A program made the translations under genes and the position numbers. The notes under the pieces are model-generated. The model ran no database searches. It was not told the DNA's origin and worked only from the letters and a program-made list of their open reading frames with translations. This document shows positions 57,713-64,000 of a stretch of DNA of 64,000 nucleotides, in pieces. The stretch spans positions 1 to 64,000 of the forward strand of contig RDEW01000083.1 of the NCBI GenBank assembly GCA_011109175.1, read 5' to 3'. This DNA comes from Dicyema japonicum (Eukaryota; Animalia; Dicyemida). The first letter of the stretch is position 1. Every line of letters starts with the position of its first letter.

Positions 57713-58833
57713 TCATTGTTTTTGAAAGACAAAAACCTTATAAATACTAAGAATCTCCCACTCACTCTTAGAAATAGTCCCCTATAATCACAAACAGACA
57801 GCAACTATGTGAGAGAAGACTCCAGCAGTATTAAATGCGTCACTTGCCTCTTTGTACTCACTATGTGACCCTCCCTTCAAATCACGGGAATGAGGACTAT
57901 AAATCTTTGAGTAAAACATCATTCAACCTCCAAAGCGTCCATAATCCTAATAAGATCCTTACTCGAATGACACATCAATGAGAAATAATCGGCAAAATTT
58001 CCATCATAGACAAGTTTCATGTCACATTCACTGGCCATGTGTACAAAGGCGGGAAAATAAACGAGATTTTCGGGGCAGTCAACCACATCCGCCAAAGAAA
58101 AGTGATATTTTGCTCCAAAAAGTGGTATGTCCTCGAGGTTATCAGACTGTAAGGAGATGTTGTAGATATCATTACCAATGTGGTTGGACCTTAGAGACCT
58201 GAGCCGTGAACTACAATGATGGTGGACACGAATACACAATTTCATAGGCATCATTTGTCGTCCCAATAAAGAATCCCCCTCTTCTGAGACCGTCACAACA
58301 GTTCTTAATCATCATCAGTGCTCGTTCGTAGCTATCAAAAGAGTAGTGGATCACAAACTGGCAGGAGGCAATCGAAAACTGACCAAAATTGTCGAATTCC
58401 TTGCTTAAATCGATCTAACATATAGCAATGGATCACTTCTCCGCAGTCCCCCGTTAAAAAGTCACACTTAAACAAATTTTTTTCTTGGATACTGAGATAT
58501 CTCTTTTTGATTAATTCAATTGCTGTCTCAGAAATGTCTTTAGAGTCAATAATAATAGAACCGACACAACTGAGACGAGATATGCTGGCGAATCTCCACT
58601 TAAGCAGGTCCCCACCTTTACCACAACCCACATCAAGCACTTGTATTTCATTGGAGGGTTGGTCTTTACGAATTGCATCGGAATATTGTTCTACAATTAT
58701 ACTTTAATTAACTGATAAGTGTGCCTTTAATCCAATTACTGAAATTCCTTAGGTGATATATTCTTCCACTAGCCCTCCGAGATAAATCAACTTCTGTCGA
58801 TTGATTGTAGTAATCAACAACTTGAGACTCCAT
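57713..58833 (-). CDS. RNMT: mRNA cap guanine-N7 methyltransferase
   Basis: [56 protein letters not shown]...[19 protein letters not shown]. Six 22-25 nt GT-AG introns; reads through without frameshift. Confidence 0.93.
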
Positions 58834-58949
58834 TTATTATTTATTTTAAATTATTTTTAATTATAATTTTAAAGTGTTTTCACCAGGTAGTCTGTTGGTT
58901 AGGATTTTTGCCATACAACACATGACCATTAGTTGAAGGTACCAAAAAG

Positions 58950-59430
58950 AATTGTTCTATGTAGCCCGTGCCCATAAAAAATTACATACGTAAATTATAA
59001 AGACAGACCATTCTTCCTTCTATGGAATATTCTTGTTCCTCACGGATTTATATTCTCTCTGCGTCGTTGTTGGAAAAAATCAGCTTCTCACGCAAGAAGA
59101 CTCTACGCCTTTTACTGATTCGAACAGATCCCTCCCTCGTAAATTTTCTGTTGAGTCGTCAATACGAAGGAATGGCCGCAGATTCTTCTGGTTCTGTCAA
59201 GAGCAAGGAAATCTATGTTTATCCGTATTACTTTCCGAAGATGTATATTCCTTCGTTAGACATTCGTCTCCCATGCAGACACAAATTTTTGAAGGCGGTT
59301 GGGTCCCTCGATGAGCGCACCGAAAATGACGAGTATAATAAGAGTAACCAAATCATCCAATTAGTTCGGTTGTTATTATCTTCTTCTCGGTGTTTCCTGG
59401 GGTTATGTGAATAAAAATAAATAATAATGA
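58950..59430 (+). mobile_element. Divergent LINE 3' end related to the 760-1040 family
   Basis: Ends ttctcggtgtttcctggggttatgtgaataaaaataaataataat; zinc-knuckle remnant. Confidence 0.45.
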
Positions 59431-60036
59431 CTTGTTGGTTGGGTATTGACATATCTCTGAGTTTTTGTATTGACAAAGGAGCGCCTTCATAAAGCTATAT
59501 TTTCTTTGGCAAGAGGAAAGCATATCTAGAAAGTCATCAAGGAGTCTAAAATGACTTCCAAAATATTTACGTTCTGTGGTATTTGTCGCCCATTCAGGAA
59601 GAATGAGGAATGGTTCAATCTAATGTTTGAATGTGTCAAAGTCTCTTGACATAATCGTATAATTCGTGGTCTTTAAATAAATTAATATTTCTATGTCCTT
59701 CAGTCTCAGATATGATTACAATCTGAAATCCACTCTCTCGTAGGTGCAGAGTGCGAGAACATGTCGATTTTTTGATTTTGCTGAGTCTCGTAATGTGGTG
59801 GCCCACTTGTTATATGCCAGGTGTATAAAAAGTATTACGCAAAGATAGATCGACCAAGGGGCAGAATTCTGCTAAAACTTCTCCGTTGATGTTTCTCTTA
59901 CCTCTGCCATGCCTTCAATCATGTTTCACACTCGTTCCATCTTAGACGTAACAAAAGAGGAAAGTAACAGCTTGAAACAAAAAAATAAGTCATATTAGTA
60001 AAAAACCATAAGTATCAACCAAATATAATCAAAGTA

Positions 60037-61105
60037 CACTCGACCCTCGCAAATTGGCCACATTTTGAAAAATTTTCTTAGAAAAATCCTATTCTCCTTA
60101 TTAATTGGTTAATTTTTAATTTAAATTTTAAAAAAATAAAAATTTAATTAACACATGTCTTCCAATTCCTCTAGTGGACGCTATACTCGGCTTACTTTTA
60201 ATGAAAAAACTCAAATTGTTAATTATAAAGAAAACGATGATATTTTGTGCCAGCGATGACTGGATCCATATTATGGATTAGTTGATTCATTTTGATATTC
60301 AGTTCAAGAATAAAAAAACGAATTTTACTATTGAGTGAAAACTGATCTGCGCATTGTATCCCGCCGATTTGGAATATATAAAAATATTGTTTCTTCCAAA
60401 AAATAGTACGGGGTTGCTTCAACCCATGGATATTGGTATTATAAAATCTTTCACTAGTAATTTTACCAGACGCAAGTTAATCTATTTGACGGAATTATTG
60501 GAAAATATTTCGGTCAATAAATCTTACAAGAAATTGAATTTAAGGGATACGGTTTTTTTCACAAAAATGGCTTGGGAAGACGTATCCGAAGAGACGATCA
60601 GGAATTGTTTCAAAGTTTGTAATAACTCCAATATCGAAATTCTTGAAATTGATATTAATGATGCAATAATCAGAAGAACAGACATTTGCGATCCTCTCAA
60701 AGTTGAGGATTTTTTAAATATTGAATACACGGAAAATGAAACATTTATTGAAAATCAAAATTTTTTAGAAGATTCAGAAAATAGCGAAAAAGAATCTGAA
60801 AAAACAAGACATACAGACAAAATGGATATTGCAGTTAGATTAACTGAAATAGAGAGGGAACTCTTAGCCAATCTTGAGAATGAACATGAAGTTTCTCTAA
60901 TTTCTTCAATAAGAAAGTACAAATCAATTATTATTGAAGGATGAAGAAACAATTAGGAATTACATTTTATTTTAATAAAACTTAAATACATTTTTTTTCA
61001 TTTAAGGCAATTTGCTCATTGTTTTTCAAAATTATTGATTTTATTTTTCAAATTGGCCACAAAATTCTAAGGAATCAAAAATGGCCAATTTGCGAGGGTC
61101 GAGTG
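60037..61105 (+). mobile_element. Internally deleted Tigger/pogo element
   Basis: Perfect 24-bp TIRs CACTCGACCCTCGCAAATTGGCCA, TA on both sides; DDE_1 C-term FLPKNSTGLLQPMDIGIIKSF. Confidence 0.92.
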
Positions 61106-61259
61106 TAATTAATATTATAATTTTTTTTCAAAAAGTGCTCATGAAAAACAGTCTCAACGTACAGAGGCTTGCATATGTCTGAGGACTGCTCCCTATTTCA
61201 CCCTGTATGACCAACTCGCACAGATTAACGAGATCTGCCGCACGACAGCGGAACGTATC

Positions 61260-61840
61260 TTCAACGTCCGGTTCGAGGATTACTGGTGGGAGCAAGCCAC
61301 GCTGCCAGTGAGACTCGGAGGACTTGGAATTCGGAATCCTGTGGACCTTTTTTTCCTTTCATACCTATCATCGCTAGTGGGCTGTAGCTCCCATGTCAAG
61401 AGGATTCTACACTCCCTACCCGAATTCTCAATTGACCAAGACATAACCCACGCACGAGAAGCCCGGAATGCCACCAACCTTCCCCTGCCTCCTTCACAAG
61501 ACTGCCAGCGAAACCTGGACAATTTATTGTGCTGGAAATCATTTGGACTCTTATTGAAATCAGCCAATCAGCACCGACGCGCTTGTTTGCTTACGGGGGC
61601 TTCCCCTGAGAGCGGAGCTTGGCTTGCTAAACGCCATCCCAAATGAAGCTCTGGGCACCTTTATGGATGATGAATGCGTTAAAAGTTGTATCTCTCTGCG
61701 GCTGGGACCGAAAGTATGTGTACTTCACCCGTGCCGATGTGGCATTCTGATAGACTGTTATGGCCTGCCTGCACCCTCTCGCCTGCAAAAGGAGCGCTGG
61801 AAGATTTCCAAGACACAAGGCTCTGAATGAGATTGTGATG
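61260..61840 (+). mobile_element. CRE-clade retrotransposon C-terminal fragment
   Basis: WEQATLPVRLGGLGIR, SGAWL(N)AIP, SLRLG...C.CG, H.L.CK..AGRFPRHKALNEI. Confidence 0.8.
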
Positions 61841-62369
61841 ATTTGGAATGTTACTGTTGATGGAATAAAAAAGGCAAGTTTCGACGTGCTTGAGGAAAAA
61901 TGGCCTGCAGGATTTAGAGGGGTCTCCGATCACGAAATTGTATTATCAATTAAACAAAAATAATTGCGGCTGAGAATGGAATCGTGTAGAAATAGTGATA
62001 TTTACAATGAGTTAAGAACTGAAAGAAATCGTGTTGTCAAGGAGATTAGAAGGAAGAAGGAAATTTATGTCAAGAAAATTGACGAACGTGTCAGAGAAAT
62101 TGAGAAGTTGGGATACGGAACGCAAATGTTCCTAGCAGTTCGCTTTTTGCAGAGGGGAGTTCAACCTACGAATAATTGTATTCACGACAGTCAAGGAAGA
62201 AATGTATTCGTGTAAGACCAAGAACAACCCTCCCGGTTGTTTAACGAGGTGATCTGAAAGGCACAAAAAAAACACTAACATCTGCTGATGACCTGGACAC
62301 ACTGAGGGATCTGGCTAAGAAAACCCTGAAATAAGCTAACTCTTTCTCTTGTCTTTAAAAAAAACCATG

Positions 62370-62889
62370 TCTAACGAATACTCTTACGAATGAAATACTC
62401 TGCAAAGTTCAAACTGCAAGTTGTAAACTTTGCCGAAGAAACTAGCAACTGTGCTGCCTCAAGAAAGTTTGGCGTAAATGAGAAACTAGTAAGAGATTGG
62501 AAATGCAATGCAACACAGCTAGCAGTGATGCCAAGAAACAAATGTGCTAATATAGGGAAAAGCTCCCAGTGGCCAGCACTTGAACAAGAATCTGCCAAAG
62601 GTGAAAAAAACTGTTCTCGTGAGAACAACAGGCCATGAAAAGTCTAGATTCACTGTTGTTCTTTCCTGCTTAGCTGACAGTACAAAGCTGAAGCCGATGG
62701 TCGTTTTTAAGAGAAAACTCTACCGAAAGGACAATTCCCTTTATAACTCTTTATAGCACTTTATAATTCTAATTTATTGTTTCTTAACTGAAAATAAATC
62801 ACTTTCTAAGAGTGTTCATTGTTGTTAGTCTCTCTCGGCGCGTAATATCACAGGGTTAGTAGGGGTCCACTTGTCACCGGCAAATACGG
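62370..62889 (+). mobile_element. POGK-like (Brinker DBD) pogo transposon remnant
   Basis: YSAKFKLQVVNFAEETSNCAASRKFGVNEKLVRDW; TGHEKSRFTVVLSCLAD; right end AAATACGG|TA. Confidence 0.75.
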
Positions 62890-63164
62890 TAATTACTTTA
62901 AAATTATAATTAATTTAAATTTAATGTACAATGTCGCCAGAGTAATAAAAAGATGTTCATCAAATATAAGGAATATTGGAGTAATAGCACATGTCGATGC
63001 TGGTAAAACTACACTCACTGAACAAATGCGACTTCTCTCCAAGACAATATCAAACTCGGGTTATTCCTATATGTTTACTACCAGGGAGTGTTGATAGGGG
63101 GACCACTGTTACTGATTTTATGGGAGAGGATAGACGTCGAGGCATTAGCATCAAATCATCTCTT
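62890..63164 (+). pseudogene. GFM2: Truncated duplicate of the GFM2 upstream region, exon 1, intron 1 and part of exon 2
   Basis: 275 nt matching 30665-30939 with 4 substitutions seen; intron retained. Confidence 0.9.
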
Positions 63165-64000
63165 CTGGCACAAACGGGCGAACTTGAATAAAAACCGTCT
63201 TCTTGGAGTATTTTTTGGTTATAATTCAAAACTTTAATCTTTTTTGATTTTATGTCAAATTGACCTACAAAAAATTTTTAAAATAAAAGGGAAAAAATAA
63301 TAATGTCGAAATAACATGGAAAACATCGGGAGGACTTGTGAGAAGTTGCGCACGACCTTGCAAGGTGGAACCACTTATTTCGATTGTTTCTAACGCCACA
63401 TGTATAAAACTGAGATGTTGTATTTTCTTAAAACAAGTTATTTTTTAGAAGCAATAACGGCAAACATCGATAACTGATGAAAAACTCATATCTGCTTAGA
63501 ACCAGCTTGTGAAGAAAGGAAATTAGGATAACTTAGTTCCCCCAAGAGGATGGAGGTGTTTCTTAGCGATTGTGGAGAATAGATATAACAATACTTAGAC
63601 TATAATTTATAGACTTCACAAAACTATCAATTATTCTAGAAGAACTGTAGGAAGTTATAATTAATGCGATTTTTGACTTTTTAAATCCAAAATTTGGACC
63701 TAAAATTGACTTTATTGACATAAAATTTTGACCTTTTTTGACTTTATGACAAATTTATCTACAAAAAAATTTAATATAAAATCTATTCAAATTTTTATAA
63801 AATAAAGAATATTGTGATCGAAAAGTTTTCAGGTTTAAAATTTCGGTCTTTAGATAGTAACATTGAGAACCTACTCTTAAATGATGTGCAAGAACACTTT
63901 TCAGATAGTCATATAAAAATGGAGAAATATGTTGTTTTTTTGCTATTTTTGTGATAGAAAGAAGTTGATTGACAGATAATATTGACTTCAGATATTTCCC

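Noticed and set aside
59022-59476. Overlapping ORFs as a host gene
   Set aside because: No mini-introns or recognisable domain; the segment ends in a LINE-type 3' UTR and tail.
62280-62335. Hammerhead ribozyme (ctgatga...gaaa)
   Set aside because: No stem II followed directly by GAAA. The related copy at ~23810-23910 has ctggtga, and the segment is the antisense of a LINE 3' UTR.

Overview
AT-rich eukaryotic nuclear DNA in the standard genetic code. Small islands of compact host genes sit in a dense background of decayed, often nested transposons. The host genes are a CCDC89-like coiled-coil gene, a divergent importin-alpha, Rab14 head-to-head with mitochondrial EF-G2 (GFM2), an MFS-like transporter, INO80 and the mRNA cap N7-methyltransferase RNMT. 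All are split by ultra-short spliceosomal introns, mostly 21-26 nt GT-AG with one GC-AG and a few possible non-GT cases. This architecture suggests a genome-reduced animal parasite such as a dicyemid or myxozoan (inference only). Mobile DNA includes RTE-clade LINEs, Ingi/Vingi-like APE-RT LINEs with N-terminal 2A (DxExNPGP) peptides, an ORF1/ORF2 Jockey/I-like LINE, CRE and R4-like fragments, pogo/Tigger, hAT, Ginger-like and Merlin-like elements. Highlights: (1) a shared HDV-ribozyme-like pseudoknot topology, lacking the catalytic C, that wraps the in-frame AUG upstream of the 2A peptide in the Vingi-like LINEs; (2) covarying 3'-terminal hairpins that enclose the ORF stop codon in two LINE clades; (3) apparently length-defined mini-introns, also present in transposases; (4) a 58-bp bidirectional intergenic region containing a 19-mer that recurs exactly upstream of RNMT. 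Scattered 1-nt frameshifts in essential genes probably reflect assembly errors. All calls were made by eye, and boundaries of decayed elements are approximate.
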